IMG/VR virus record: IMGVR_UViG_2667527592_000009
Coordinates: 1-28,293 of that record
DNA length: 28,293 nucleotides
Origin: a virus
Lineage: Duplodnaviria; Heunggongvirae; Uroviricota; Caudoviricetes
Strand: one strand, 5' to 3'
The translations under genes and the position numbers were made by a program. Numbering within the stretch: position 1 is the first letter of the stretch; every line of letters starts with the position of its first letter. Under the pieces are notes generated by a model, which saw only the letters and a list, made by a program, of their open reading frames with translations, did not search any database and was not told the origin of the DNA. Positions 10,247 to 19,536 of the stretch are shown one piece after another.

Positions 10247-10480
10247 ATGCGCATTGAAATAATGATCGATAAAGAGCAGAAGATTAGCCAGTCTACCCTG
10301 GACGCCCTTGAATCCGAGCTTTACCGCAATCTGCGCCCCCTGTATCCCAAAACGGTAATTCGCATCCGCAAAGGTAGCTCTAACGGTGTGGAACTGACCG
10401 GACTGCAACTGGACGAAGAAAGAAAACAAGTGATGAAGATTATGCAGAAGGTGTGGGAAGACGACAGCTGGCTGCATTAA
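10247..10480 (+). CDS. dinI: DinI-family protein (RecA co-protease modulator)
   Basis: 77-aa ORF MRIEIMIDK...DALESEL...WEDDSWLH aligns by eye with E. coli DinI (MRIEVTIAK...DALAGEL...WESADDW); RBS GAGGTG. Confidence 0.75.
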   Translation: MRIEIMIDKEQKISQSTLDALESELYRNLRPLYPKTVIRIRKGSSNGVELTGLQLDEERKQVMKIMQKVWEDDSWLH

Positions 10481-10639
10481 GAAAAGTTGCTGGCGTCTGA
10501 ACTTGGTTCTGGCGTCAGCAAGGTTGAACAACGAGTACAGTGAGGCGTTAGGTGTGGCGTTTATTTGATGAGTGAACGCCCGTTCTGCGACAGGTTCGGA
10601 GATTAAGGTTGAAACTACGGGCAAAATACCATCTTTTTC

Positions 10640-11065
10640 CTACTTAATTGAGTCCAGTAACAAGTTACAGTTACTCTCATTGTAGAGAGAACGAGCAATT
10701 AGTGTTACCTGCTTTCCATTCATTCCCGGCTTATCCCATAACACAGCTTCTTGCGACGCCACAAATTCAGCATAATCAATTATGCGTTGTTCGTGATCTG
10801 GTTCCTCATAGCCAAAGTATGAGAGCGCATCGTTGTAAGCGTGGTAAGCTGCTTTCTGTAATATCTTGATATCGGCTGTAGGTACTTGCTCCGTGTAGCT
10901 AGGATCTAATTGTGTGCTACTGCCATAGAATGCACATGAAAGGTAAGATATTGATTTCTGTTGAGCTTTAGTTCCTTTCTCATAGTTTTTAGCTGTTACC
11001 GCCTGAACTGGGACGCTAACAAAGCTTGCAACCAGAATTAAAATTAATACGTAAAAGCTTTTCAT
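10640..11065 (-). CDS. Hypothetical exported protein (signal peptide), moron near cos
   Basis: 141-aa ORF with N-terminal signal peptide MKSFYVLILILVASFVSVPVQA; RBS GAGG; opposite strand to neighbours. Confidence 0.55.
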   Translation of the reverse strand: MKSFYVLILILVASFVSVPVQAVTAKNYEKGTKAQQKSISYLSCAFYGSSTQLDPSYTEQVPTADIKILQKAAYHAYNDALSYFGYEEPDHEQRIIDYAEFVASQEAVLWDKPGMNGKQVTLIARSLYNESNCNLLLDSIK

Positions 11066-11338
11066 TTTGACCTCAGCCGAAACGTTAGAGAGACTATCGA
11101 AATTTGTAAAACCCGTGGCGATTCAGTTTGAGATCCTCCCCCTTACATGATTTTTAATCAAATATATGCTTTTGTAAGCATACCTGTTAACCGAATTATT
11201 TATTTTTAGAGATCTTCCGACATACTGATTATGCCCGCTGAGGAGTTCACCTTGCGTAAGGTCCGATTCGCTTTACTCGTCTGTGCATGTCTATGCTGCA
11301 TGAGATTGCATGATCGTTTGAGGATCGTTTTTGCTAAG

Positions 11339-11362
11339 GCCCGCCAGAACTGGCGGGCTTTT
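11339..11362 (+). terminator. Rho-independent terminator (plus strand), no obvious upstream gene
   Basis: GCCCGCCAG-aa-CTGGCGGGC followed by TTTT (11359-11362). Confidence 0.5.
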
Positions 11363-11407
11363 GCGTAGATCATGCACCTGCATGAAAACCACTACATAAA
11401 GCGGGCA

Positions 11408-11426
11408 GGCGTGGCGGGGATACGAG
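11408..11426 (+). other. cos-like cohesive-end site (P2/186 GGCG(A/T)GGCGGGGA motif)
   Basis: GGCGTGGCGGGGA at 11408-11420 followed by GC-rich AGCGCGCGCT, resembling the recalled P2/186 19-nt cohesive end; located between the post-A module and portal gene Q as in P2. Confidence 0.4.
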
Positions 11427-11496
11427 CGCGCGCTCAGTGTAGATATTTGAAATATATTACTGGAAATGAAGACGTTGAAATGGTAGTTTCATTTAT

Positions 11497-11627
11497 GCGC
11501 ATGTAGGCAGATTTGTTGGTTGTGTATCACAACCAGTGATTTTAATGGCAGGTGGAATCGCATCCCTGACATCCTTGTTTCGTCGCTATAGGGCCGTTGT
11601 GCTGTGCGAAGGAGTGCCTACATGCGT
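11497..11627 (+). ncRNA. msr-msd: Retron msr/msd non-coding region (template for msDNA), flanked by a1/a2 inverted repeats
   Basis: 12-bp inverted repeats CGCATGTAGGCA (11498-11509) and TGCCTACATGCG (11615-11626) about 105 nt apart; G at 11510 is a branch-G candidate; internal stem TGGTTGTG-tat-CACAACCA (11517-11535); ends 38 nt before the RT start codon. Confidence 0.55.
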
Positions 11628-11665
11628 TCTTCCTCTCTTACTAACTTCTACGATAAAATATAATT

Positions 11666-13426
11666 ATGGTCGCAACTTCTAAATTACTACTTTTGAAAGT
11701 CGCAGCATCTCGTGCTGACTTGGCAAAATTGCTAGATGTTAAGTTGGTGTTTTTAACGAATATTCTTTACAGAATTGGTACTGATAATCAGTATAAAGAT
11801 TTCTCTATTCCAAAAAAAGGTAAGGGAGTCAGATTGATTTCTGCGCCAGAAGATAGTTTGAAAGATCTCCAAAGACGAATAGCCGATCTTTTAATGGAGT
11901 GTAGAGATGAAACTTTCAAAATTAAAAAAATTAAAAACAATTACTCCTTTGGTTTTGAAAGAAATAAGTCAATAATTTCCAATGCTTTCAGACATCGTGG
12001 GAAAAATATAATACTCAATATTGATCTTAAGGATTTTTTCAAAAGCTTTAATTTTGGGCGAGTGAGAGGGTACTTCCTATCCAATAGGGATTTCTTATTA
12101 AATCCGATTGTCGCCACTACTTTAGCTAAAGCCGCATGCTATAAGGGAAGTTTGCCTCAGGGTAGCCCGTGTTCTCCAGTGATAACAAACTTAATTTGTA
12201 GCATTATGGATATTAGATTAGCTAAATTAGCAAAGAGTTTAGGTTGTTCATATAGTCGTTATGCCGATGACATCACGTTTTCAACTAATAAAAAAGAATT
12301 TCCTACCGATTTGGCAATATCTCTTCCTGAGGGGGTTGTCTTGGGGAGCATTCTTGTCAGTGAAATAAAACGTGCTGGTTTTGATATTAATGATGCTAAA
12401 ACAAGGATCTCGTACAAATCCACGAGACAAGAAGTTACGGGACTTACTATAAATAGATTTGTTAACGTTGATAGGAAATATTCGAATAAAACAAGAGCAT
12501 TAGCTCATTCACTTTATAGTAAGGGAGAATATAAGCTACCTGATGAAGATGGTAAGCTAGTCGTGGGGAGTATCGAAAAACTAGAGGGAAGATTTGGGTT
12601 TATTGACCAGATTGATAAATTTAATAACATACAAGATAAAATAAGTAAACAGCCTGAAAAATATGCGCCTATTCATATTACATTAAAAAACTACAGGTTA
12701 AAGCTGAATGTACGAGAGAAGGCATATAGTAAATTTATTTACTACAAGTTTTTTCATGGACATGCTTCCCCGACAATCTTGACAGAAGGCAAAACTGATC
12801 GAGTATATTTAAAATCAGCTATTCGTTCACTTTCTGCCAAATTTCCTGAGTTGCTCAAGAAAAGCACAGACGGTAAAGGAAATGATATCAACTTGAATAT
12901 TTTTAAATCTGATGAGAAGTCAAGTTATTTTATTAATATGTCTGGAGGTAGCGCAGATCTTAAAAAATTCATCGAAAGATATATGGATGAATATTCAAGC
13001 TACTATGGAAGCATTCCTAAGCACCCGGTTATCATGGTATTGGACAACGATTCTGGTTCTAATGAGATTTTGAATTTCCTTAAAAATAATGTTAAGGGCT
13101 GCCCCGATGATACCAATAAAATGAGAAAAATGAGATTTATCCATGTCTTTAAAAATCTCTATATCATTCTAACGCCTTTAAGTGCTACTGGTGAGCAGAC
13201 TGCGATGGAAGATCTTTTTACTCATGATGTATTATCAACTATTCTTGGTGGTAAAAAATTTAACAAAAAGAACGATGGGGACTCAAAAACTGAATATGGG
13301 AAACATGTTTTCTCTGTGAAAGTAGTTAGGGATAAAAAACGAAAAGTTGATTTTAGTGGTTTTGAAATAATACTCAACACTTTTAAAGATGTTTTTGAAC
13401 ATTATAAAAAAATATGCAGCATATAG
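11666..13426 (+). CDS. ret: Retron reverse transcriptase fused to C-terminal TOPRIM (OLD-like) domain, Retron-Ec67 type
   Basis: 586 aa; RT motifs [25 protein letters not shown] (nt 12260-12271), VTGLTIN; C-terminal TOPRIM signatures ILTEGKTD and VLDNDSGS; AT-rich. Confidence 0.85.
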   Translation: MVATSKLLLLKVAASRADLAKLLDVKLVFLTNILYRIGTDNQYKDFSIPKKGKGVRLISAPEDSLKDLQRRIADLLMECRDETFKIKKIKNNYSFGFERNKSIISNAFRHRGKNIILNIDLKDFFKSFNFGRVRGYFLSNRDFLLNPIVATTLAKAACYKGSLPQGSPCSPVITNLICSIMDIRLAKLAKSLGCSYSRYADDITFSTNKKEFPTDLAISLPEGVVLGSILVSEIKRAGFDINDAKTRISYKSTRQEVTGLTINRFVNVDRKYSNKTRALAHSLYSKGEYKLPDEDGKLVVGSIEKLEGRFGFIDQIDKFNNIQDKISKQPEKYAPIHITLKNYRLKLNVREKAYSKFIYYKFFHGHASPTILTEGKTDRVYLKSAIRSLSAKFPELLKKSTDGKGNDINLNIFKSDEKSSYFINMSGGSADLKKFIERYMDEYSSYYGSIPKHPVIMVLDNDSGSNEILNFLKNNVKGCPDDTNKMRKMRFIHVFKNLYIILTPLSATGEQTAMEDLFTHDVLSTILGGKKFNKKNDGDSKTEYGKHVFSVKVVRDKKRKVDFSGFEIILNTFKDVFEHYKKICSI

Positions 13427-13470
13427 AAAGAAAGCCCTAGTGAAAATGATAATATACTAGGGCCATGATT

Positions 13471-14508
13471 CTAATTATCTGATAAATTGTATGGTTTGAA
13501 TTTTATGGCTTCCTCTTCTAGCCACAAATTAAGCTCTTCTAAACGCCTTTGTAGAGGAATTAATTCATTCCTCACAAATACCATACTCGCTTTCTCCACA
13601 TCCCCAAACCCCCCAACATTATTCGGCATGATCCCTATCATCTGCGGTGGCACGCGGTGCGCAGCCATCATGTCATCCCGGCTCACGTTCTTGATATTCA
13701 GAAACTCATCCTTCGCCGCGACTTCTGACAGAGGAATGATCTGAAGTCCGTCCTTTTTGCCGTTGGGCGAGTACATAAACAGATTACGGAAGTTGCCAGG
13801 GCCTTTGGCGCTTTTCATCGCATTGCGGAGGTTGTTCACGTCCTCCTGGTTCTGCGCGGCATCGGTCATGTACATGATGAAGCCTGCATGGCTGCCGTTG
13901 ATGTAATACTTACGGCGGAACAGCGTGGCGGACTCGTTGAGCAGGGCTGACGGAATGGCAGAAAGATAACCGGGCAGGCCGTAGATCTCCTGGTTGATGT
14001 CCGGTTCCATCAGATGAAAAATGCTGCCTTTCGTGAACTGATACGGCTGCGTAGTCATGCCGTATTGCACAAACCAGTAGGTATCCAGGTCTAATCCGCG
14101 TCGGGTGTATTTTGCCAGCACAGGCTCAAGGGCGATAACTTCACCGAACCGGTTTGTGCGTTTCTCCAGGTAGGCGTTACCAAATACCAGATAGTCCTGC
14201 ACAAAACGTGAAAAATCCTGCTGGCTGAGCAGCGGGTGAGGGATGTAGGTACTGGTCAGAATGTTGCACTTTACTGCAATCGGGGAGCTGTGATGTACGG
14301 CAGCGCGGAAGGTTCGCGCCAGTCCGTCAAAACTCACTGGCGGCTCATACCAGCGATCTGTCTGTACGCATTCCACATAGTCCAGCAGTTCACGGCGGTC
14401 CAGAACCGGAACGGGATCGCCGAAGCTGAATGCTTCGGCTGAAGTCTGGTTTTTATGCTTGAGCTGATTCGTCGCCGCAGCGCGGTTTTTCTTACTCTTT
14501 CCCATCAA
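13471..14508 (-). CDS. Q: Portal protein (P2 gpQ-like)
   Basis: 345-aa ORF divergent from O-N-M-L, overlapping terminase gene by 4 nt (ATGA on minus strand); size and position as P2 Q. Confidence 0.85.
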   Translation of the reverse strand: MMGKSKKNRAAATNQLKHKNQTSAEAFSFGDPVPVLDRRELLDYVECVQTDRWYEPPVSFDGLARTFRAAVHHSSPIAVKCNILTSTYIPHPLLSQQDFSRFVQDYLVFGNAYLEKRTNRFGEVIALEPVLAKYTRRGLDLDTYWFVQYGMTTQPYQFTKGSIFHLMEPDINQEIYGLPGYLSAIPSALLNESATLFRRKYYINGSHAGFIMYMTDAAQNQEDVNNLRNAMKSAKGPGNFRNLFMYSPNGKKDGLQIIPLSEVAAKDEFLNIKNVSRDDMMAAHRVPPQMIGIMPNNVGGFGDVEKASMVFVRNELIPLQRRLEELNLWLEEEAIKFKPYNLSDN

Positions 14509-16271
14509 AAAATCTCCACAATATTGCTGGTATTGGCGGATTCGCCCTGCAGCGGTTCGTTAAACAATGCGTGCATCGTTGCCCAGGCCAGATCGGCGTG
14601 GCTGGCTTCTTCGCTGCGGCTGGCTTCATAGGTCGGGCGGTTGCCGCTGGCGGTGGTGGCGCGACGGATTGCCATGAATGACTGCGCAATGTCGGTGTGC
14701 CCGGCGTCAAACTCCAGACGGCGGTGGCTGATAATGTCGTAGGCCTTGAGTACCAGGGCGTTTTTAACGTTGGGGTTGTAGACAAACTCCCGGACGGCTG
14801 GAAAAAACGCTTTCACGTTCTCGTAAACCCCGTGGCCGACGCCAGTTGAGTCGATACCGATGTATGTCACGTTGTACTGTTCGGTCAGTTTTTTGATGGC
14901 GTCAGCCTGGGCGCGGAAGTCCATCCCGCGCCACTGGTGACGCTCAAGAATGCGGAACTTACCGCCCGGCACGGCTGGCGGTGCCACCACCACGCACCCG
15001 GCGCTGTCGCCGTTTTGCGTACCTTTTGCCGGGTCATAACCGATCCACACTTCGCGCCAGCCAAACGGGCGCAGGGCCAGTGCATGAAAGTCGGTCCAGA
15101 CTTCCCAGCTGTCCACCATGCACGCCTGCAGCTCGCTGAGCGGGAACACGGACGCGAGATCGTCCACGAATTCACACATCAGCAGGTTCTGGTATTCGTC
15201 CGGGCTGTATTCCATGCGCAACTGGTCAAGGTCGAACAGGTTACAGCCGCCGCGCACCGCATCTTCCACGGTGACTATCTGGCGGTATTGCCCGTCTGCA
15301 CACAGCAGGCCTGGAGCCAGATTGCTGTGGGACAGGTCGATGTCCACCTTGTCGGCTTTATTGCGCCCACGGTTGAATAGCGCACCGGACCAGAACGGAT
15401 AAGCACTGTGTGTCAGGCTGGATGGCGTGGAAAAATAGGTTTGTCGCCATTTTTTGTGAATAGCCATACCGGAAGCCACTTTGCGCAGCTCCTGGAATTT
15501 CGGTATCCAGAAATATTCATCCAGATACAGGTTGCCGTGGTAACTCTGGGCCGTGCGGGCATTGGTGCCGAGGAAATACAGTGTGGCCCCGTTGGGAAGC
15601 ACCATCGGATCGCCTTTCAGCTCCACTTCCACTTCTTTGGCGAAGTCGATGATGTACTGCTTAAAGACGTGGGCCTGTGCCTTGCTGGCGGAAAGGAAAA
15701 TCTGGTTACGTCCGGTAAGCAGAGCGTCAATCAGGGCTTCACGGGCAAAGTAAAAGGTCGCGCCGATCTGGCGTGACTTCAGCAGGTTGCGGATGCGGTT
15801 GGTTTTTCCGGCTTCCCACCAGTGGCGCTGGTAGTTGAACATGGAGGAATGGAAGATTTCTTCCAGCTTCTCAATCTGTTCATCGGTGAAAACGTTCTTT
15901 TCCGGCTGACGGCGCGGGCCTTTGTTGCGGTTGGCGACGTTAGGGTTTAAGTCGGCTTCGTTGCCGCCATTGTTAAACTTGCCGATCCGCGCATGGCGCT
16001 CCGACTGGCGCGCCAGCAGGTCAATCTCTTTGAAATCTTTCCCTTCTTTGTGCTCCTTCATAATGAGCTGGCAGTAGCGTGCGGCGGTGGTGAGCTGCAT
16101 CTGATCCAGCGGCCCATAGTCACCCCACTTGTCGCGTTTTTTCCAGCTGTGAACGGTTGCAACTTTCTCGCCCAGCATTTCGGCAATGCGGGCTACGCGG
16201 TATCCCTGAAAGTACAGCAGCATGGCCTGCCGACGGGGATCGAGATCTGCGGGTGTCAGTGTGGTGTTCAT
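14505..16271 (-). CDS. P: Terminase large (ATPase) subunit (P2 gpP-like)
   Basis: 588-aa ORF upstream of Q on the same strand. Confidence 0.85.
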   Translation of the reverse strand: MNTTLTPADLDPRRQAMLLYFQGYRVARIAEMLGEKVATVHSWKKRDKWGDYGPLDQMQLTTAARYCQLIMKEHKEGKDFKEIDLLARQSERHARIGKFNNGGNEADLNPNVANRNKGPRRQPEKNVFTDEQIEKLEEIFHSSMFNYQRHWWEAGKTNRIRNLLKSRQIGATFYFAREALIDALLTGRNQIFLSASKAQAHVFKQYIIDFAKEVEVELKGDPMVLPNGATLYFLGTNARTAQSYHGNLYLDEYFWIPKFQELRKVASGMAIHKKWRQTYFSTPSSLTHSAYPFWSGALFNRGRNKADKVDIDLSHSNLAPGLLCADGQYRQIVTVEDAVRGGCNLFDLDQLRMEYSPDEYQNLLMCEFVDDLASVFPLSELQACMVDSWEVWTDFHALALRPFGWREVWIGYDPAKGTQNGDSAGCVVVAPPAVPGGKFRILERHQWRGMDFRAQADAIKKLTEQYNVTYIGIDSTGVGHGVYENVKAFFPAVREFVYNPNVKNALVLKAYDIISHRRLEFDAGHTDIAQSFMAIRRATTASGNRPTYEASRSEEASHADLAWATMHALFNEPLQGESANTSNIVEIF

Positions 16272-16307
16272 GGCACAAACCTACAGCCTTGAATGAAGGC
16301 TTTCCCC

Positions 16308-16325
16308 GCCTGCGGTTTGTGTGGT
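16308..16325. promoter_or_regulatory. Late-promoter activator dyad TGT-N12-ACA (Ogr/B-type) in the P/O divergent intergenic region
   Basis: TGTgtggttgtcggtACA between divergent P (minus) and O (plus) genes. Confidence 0.4.
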
Positions 16326-16413
16326 TGTCGGTACAAATACCGCGCATTGTTTCACTGCCCCCATCACCGCAACCATAAGGCTCCAGTAAGTTTTTTCTAA
16401 CGGAGCACGGCTC

Positions 16414-17247
16414 ATGACAGTGAAAGCAAAGCGTTTTCGCATCGGGGTGGAAGGTGCCACCACCGACGGACGCGAAATCCAGCGTGAATGGCTGGAACAG
16501 ATGGCAGCCAGCTACAACCCGACGGTGTACACCGCGCTGATTAACCTTGAGCACATCAAGTCTTATCTGCCGGACAGCACCTTTAACCGCTACGGCAAGG
16601 TGACGGCGCTGTTTGCTGAAGAAATCACGGAAGGTCCGCTGGCAGGCAAGATGGCGCTGTATGCCGACGTTGAGCCAACGGAATCCCTGGTGGAACTGGT
16701 GAAAAAAGGCCAGAAATTATTCACCTCTATGGAAGTCAGCCCGAAGTTCGCTGATACGGGCAAAGCCTACCTGGTCGGGCTGGCTGCCACTGATGATCCT
16801 GCCAGTCTGGGTACGGAAATGCTGACATTCAGCGCCAGTGCAGCCCATAACCCGCTGGCAAACCGCAAGCAGAATCCCGCCAATCTCTTTACCGCCGCAG
16901 AGGAAACGGTGATCGAACTGGAAGAAATCCAGGAGGACAAGCCGTCCCTGTTTGCCCGCGTCACGGCGCTGTTCACCAAAAAAGAGCAGTCCGACGATGC
17001 CCGGTTCTCTGATGTGCATAAGGCCGTGGAGCTGGTCGCCACTGAGCAGCAAAACCTGAGTGCGCGCACCGAAAAATCCCTGTCTGAGCAGGAAGAACGC
17101 CTGTCTGAGCTGGAGACTGCCCTGCAGGCACAGCAGACCGCATTTAACGAACTGGTGGACAAGCTGAGCCAAGAAGACAGCCGCCAGGACTACCGCCAGC
17201 GTGCAACAGGCGGTAACGCCCCCGCTGATACTCTGACCAATTGCTGA
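16414..17247 (+). CDS. O: Capsid scaffolding protein (P2 gpO-like)
   Basis: 277-aa acidic, coiled-coil-rich ORF immediately upstream of the major capsid gene. Confidence 0.8.
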   Translation: MTVKAKRFRIGVEGATTDGREIQREWLEQMAASYNPTVYTALINLEHIKSYLPDSTFNRYGKVTALFAEEITEGPLAGKMALYADVEPTESLVELVKKGQKLFTSMEVSPKFADTGKAYLVGLAATDDPASLGTEMLTFSASAAHNPLANRKQNPANLFTAAEETVIELEEIQEDKPSLFARVTALFTKKEQSDDARFSDVHKAVELVATEQQNLSARTEKSLSEQEERLSELETALQAQQTAFNELVDKLSQEDSRQDYRQRATGGNAPADTLTNC

Positions 17248-17263
17248 TGGAGCACAAAACCTG

Positions 17264-18322
17264 ATGAAGAAGAATACCCGCTTTGCTTTTAACGCTTACC
17301 TGCAGCAGCTGGCACGTCTGAACGGTGTGGCAGTTGAAGAACTGTCCAGCAAGTTCACCGTGGAGCCGTCCGTGCAGCAGACGCTGGAAGACCAGATCCA
17401 GCAGTCCGCCGCTTTCCTGACGCTGATTAACGTCACGCCAGTGACTGAGCAGTCCGGTCAGCTGCTGGGGCTGGGTGTTGGCAGCACCATTGCCGGAACC
17501 ACTGATACCACCGCGAAAGAGCGTGAGCCTGTCGATCCGACGCTGATGGTCGATGTGGAATACAAATGCGAGCAGACCAACTTTGACACGGTGCTGACCT
17601 ACGCGAAGCTGGATCTGTGGGCGAAGTTTCAGGATTTCCAGGTGCGCATCCGTGACGCCATCGTGAAACGTCAGGCACTGGACCGCATCATGATCGGTTT
17701 TAACGGCGTGAAGCGTGCGAAAACCTCCAACCGTAGCGAAAACCCGCTGCTGCAGGATGTGAATAAAGGCTGGCTGCAGAAAATCCGTGAGGATGCACCG
17801 GATCACGTCATGGGCAGTACCACAACGGGCGGTGAAACCACACCGGGCGCGGTGAAAGTAGGTAAAGGTGGCGAATATGCCAACCTGGACGCCGTGGTGA
17901 TGGATGCCGTCAATGAGCTTATCGACGTGGTCTACCAGGACGATGACGATCTGGTGGTGATTTGCGGTCGTGAACTGCTGTCTGACAAGTATTTCCCGCT
18001 GGTCAACAAAGAGCAGGAAAACAGTGAAAAACTGGCTGCCGATATGATTATCAGTCAGAAGCGCATGGGTGGCCTGCAGGCCGTACGTGCGCCGTTCTTC
18101 CCGCCGAATGCATTGCTGATCACCCGTCTGGATAACCTGTCCATCTACTGGCAGGAAGACACCCGCCGCCGTTCAGTTATCGACAACCCGAAACGTGACC
18201 GGATTGAAAATTTTGAATCCGTTAACGAAGCCTATGTGGTTGAGGACTACCGCTGTGCCGCACTGGTGGAAAACATCCAGATTGGCGATTTCAGCGCCGC
18301 CGCAGCAGAAGCCGGAGCGTAA
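17264..18322 (+). CDS. N: Major capsid protein (P2 gpN-like)
   Basis: 352-aa ORF in conserved O-N-M order. Confidence 0.85.
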   Translation: MKKNTRFAFNAYLQQLARLNGVAVEELSSKFTVEPSVQQTLEDQIQQSAAFLTLINVTPVTEQSGQLLGLGVGSTIAGTTDTTAKEREPVDPTLMVDVEYKCEQTNFDTVLTYAKLDLWAKFQDFQVRIRDAIVKRQALDRIMIGFNGVKRAKTSNRSENPLLQDVNKGWLQKIREDAPDHVMGSTTTGGETTPGAVKVGKGGEYANLDAVVMDAVNELIDVVYQDDDDLVVICGRELLSDKYFPLVNKEQENSEKLAADMIISQKRMGGLQAVRAPFFPPNALLITRLDNLSIYWQEDTRRRSVIDNPKRDRIENFESVNEAYVVEDYRCAALVENIQIGDFSAAAAEAGA

Positions 18323-18325
18323 TTC

Positions 18326-18976
18326 ATGAGCCTGAGTCCCGCACGGCAGCATCGCCTGCGCGTTCAGGCTGAACAGGCCGCCCGCGAGGGCGGCAGTGTT
18401 CGCCACGCGTCGGGCTATGACCTGATGCTGCTGCAACTGGCGGAAGACCGCCGCCGTCTCAAGGGCGTTCAGTCCACGGTGAAAAAAGCGGAAATCAAAG
18501 TGGAGCTGTTGCCGAAGTACGCCGCCTGGGCGGAGGGTGTCCTGGCTGCCGGAGGCGCTCAACAGGATGACGTGCTGATGTACGTGATGCTGTGGCGCAT
18601 TGATGCCGGAGATTATGCCGGGGCGCTGGAGATCGGGCGTCATGCCCTGCGTCATGGCTGGGTGATGCCGCTGGGTAACCGCAACGTGCAGACCGTGCTG
18701 GCAGAGGAAATGGCAGACGCCGCACAGAGCGCAATGCTTGCCGCCACCGGCTTTGATGTCGATCTGTTGCTGCAGACGCTGGAGCTGACAGACGGTCTGG
18801 ATATGCCGGACCAGTCACGGGCGCGTCTGCATAAAGCGATTGGCGCGGTCTTGAGTGAAAGTAATCCGGCTTCCGCCCTTAATCATCTCAACCATGCGTT
18901 ACAGCTCGATCCCCGCTGTGGCGTGAAAAAAGACAAACAGCAGCTGGAGCGCAGACTGCGCAATGACAGCCGCTGA
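18326..18976 (+). CDS. M: Terminase small/endonuclease subunit (P2 gpM-like)
   Basis: 216-aa ORF following N. Confidence 0.75.
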   Translation: MSLSPARQHRLRVQAEQAAREGGSVRHASGYDLMLLQLAEDRRRLKGVQSTVKKAEIKVELLPKYAAWAEGVLAAGGAQQDDVLMYVMLWRIDAGDYAGALEIGRHALRHGWVMPLGNRNVQTVLAEEMADAAQSAMLAATGFDVDLLLQTLELTDGLDMPDQSRARLHKAIGAVLSESNPASALNHLNHALQLDPRCGVKKDKQQLERRLRNDSR

Positions 18977-19071
18977 CAGAACGTGCCCCCGCGCACGGGC
19001 GGCACGGGGTGGCGAAAGGCACTGCCACATCAAAACCCCGTCCACCGCCCTCTATTTCAGGAGAAAGCAGC

Positions 19072-19536
19072 ATGAAGTTTGTTGCGCCAGAACAGGCACC
19101 GGAACAGGCGGAAATCATCAGGAATACGCCGTTCTGGCCTGATGTGGACCTGTCGGAGTTTCGCAGTGTGATGCGCACTGACGGCACGGTGACGCAGCCG
19201 CGTTTAAAACAGGTTGCCCTGTCGGCAATTTCGGAGGTCAACGCAGAGCTGTATGAGTTTCGCAGACGCCAGCAGATGCTGGGGTATGCCTCGCTGGCAG
19301 AAGTCCCGGCGGAACAACTGGACGGCAAAAGTGAGCGCATTCAGCACTATTTCAACGCGGTTTACTGCTGGGCACGCGCCATGCTCAACGAACGTTACCA
19401 GGACTATGACGCCACGGCATCCGGTGCGAAGCGAGGCGAGGAACTGGCGGAAGCAAGCGGTGATTTATGGCGTGACGCCCGCTGGGCCATCAGCCGGGTG
19501 CAGGATGCGCCGCACTGCACAGTGGAGCTTATCTGA
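19072..19536 (+). CDS. L: Head completion/stabilisation protein (P2 gpL-like)
   Basis: ATG 19072 with RBS AGGAGA; 154 aa; stop overlaps X start. Confidence 0.75.
   Translation: MKFVAPEQAPEQAEIIRNTPFWPDVDLSEFRSVMRTDGTVTQPRLKQVALSAISEVNAELYEFRRRQQMLGYASLAEVPAEQLDGKSERIQHYFNAVYCWARAMLNERYQDYDATASGAKRGEELAEASGDLWRDARWAISRVQDAPHCTVELI

Noticed and set aside
11231-11376. 45-codon plus-strand ORF (MPAEEF...)
   Set aside because: No RBS and it reads straight through the terminator stem-loop.
11666-13426. Alternative identities for the RT: group II intron or diversity-generating retroelement
   Set aside because: No maturase or endonuclease domains, no TR/VR repeat pair nearby; an upstream a1/a2-flanked structured region and a TOPRIM fusion fit a retron.
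14885-15776. Several 94-147-aa ORFs on both strands inside the terminase gene
   Set aside because: Overlap the well-supported 588-aa terminase ORF in other frames; shadow ORFs.
16717-17806. Minus-strand ORFs of 131-220 aa opposite the scaffold and capsid genes
   Set aside because: Antisense to well-supported structural genes in a GC-rich region.
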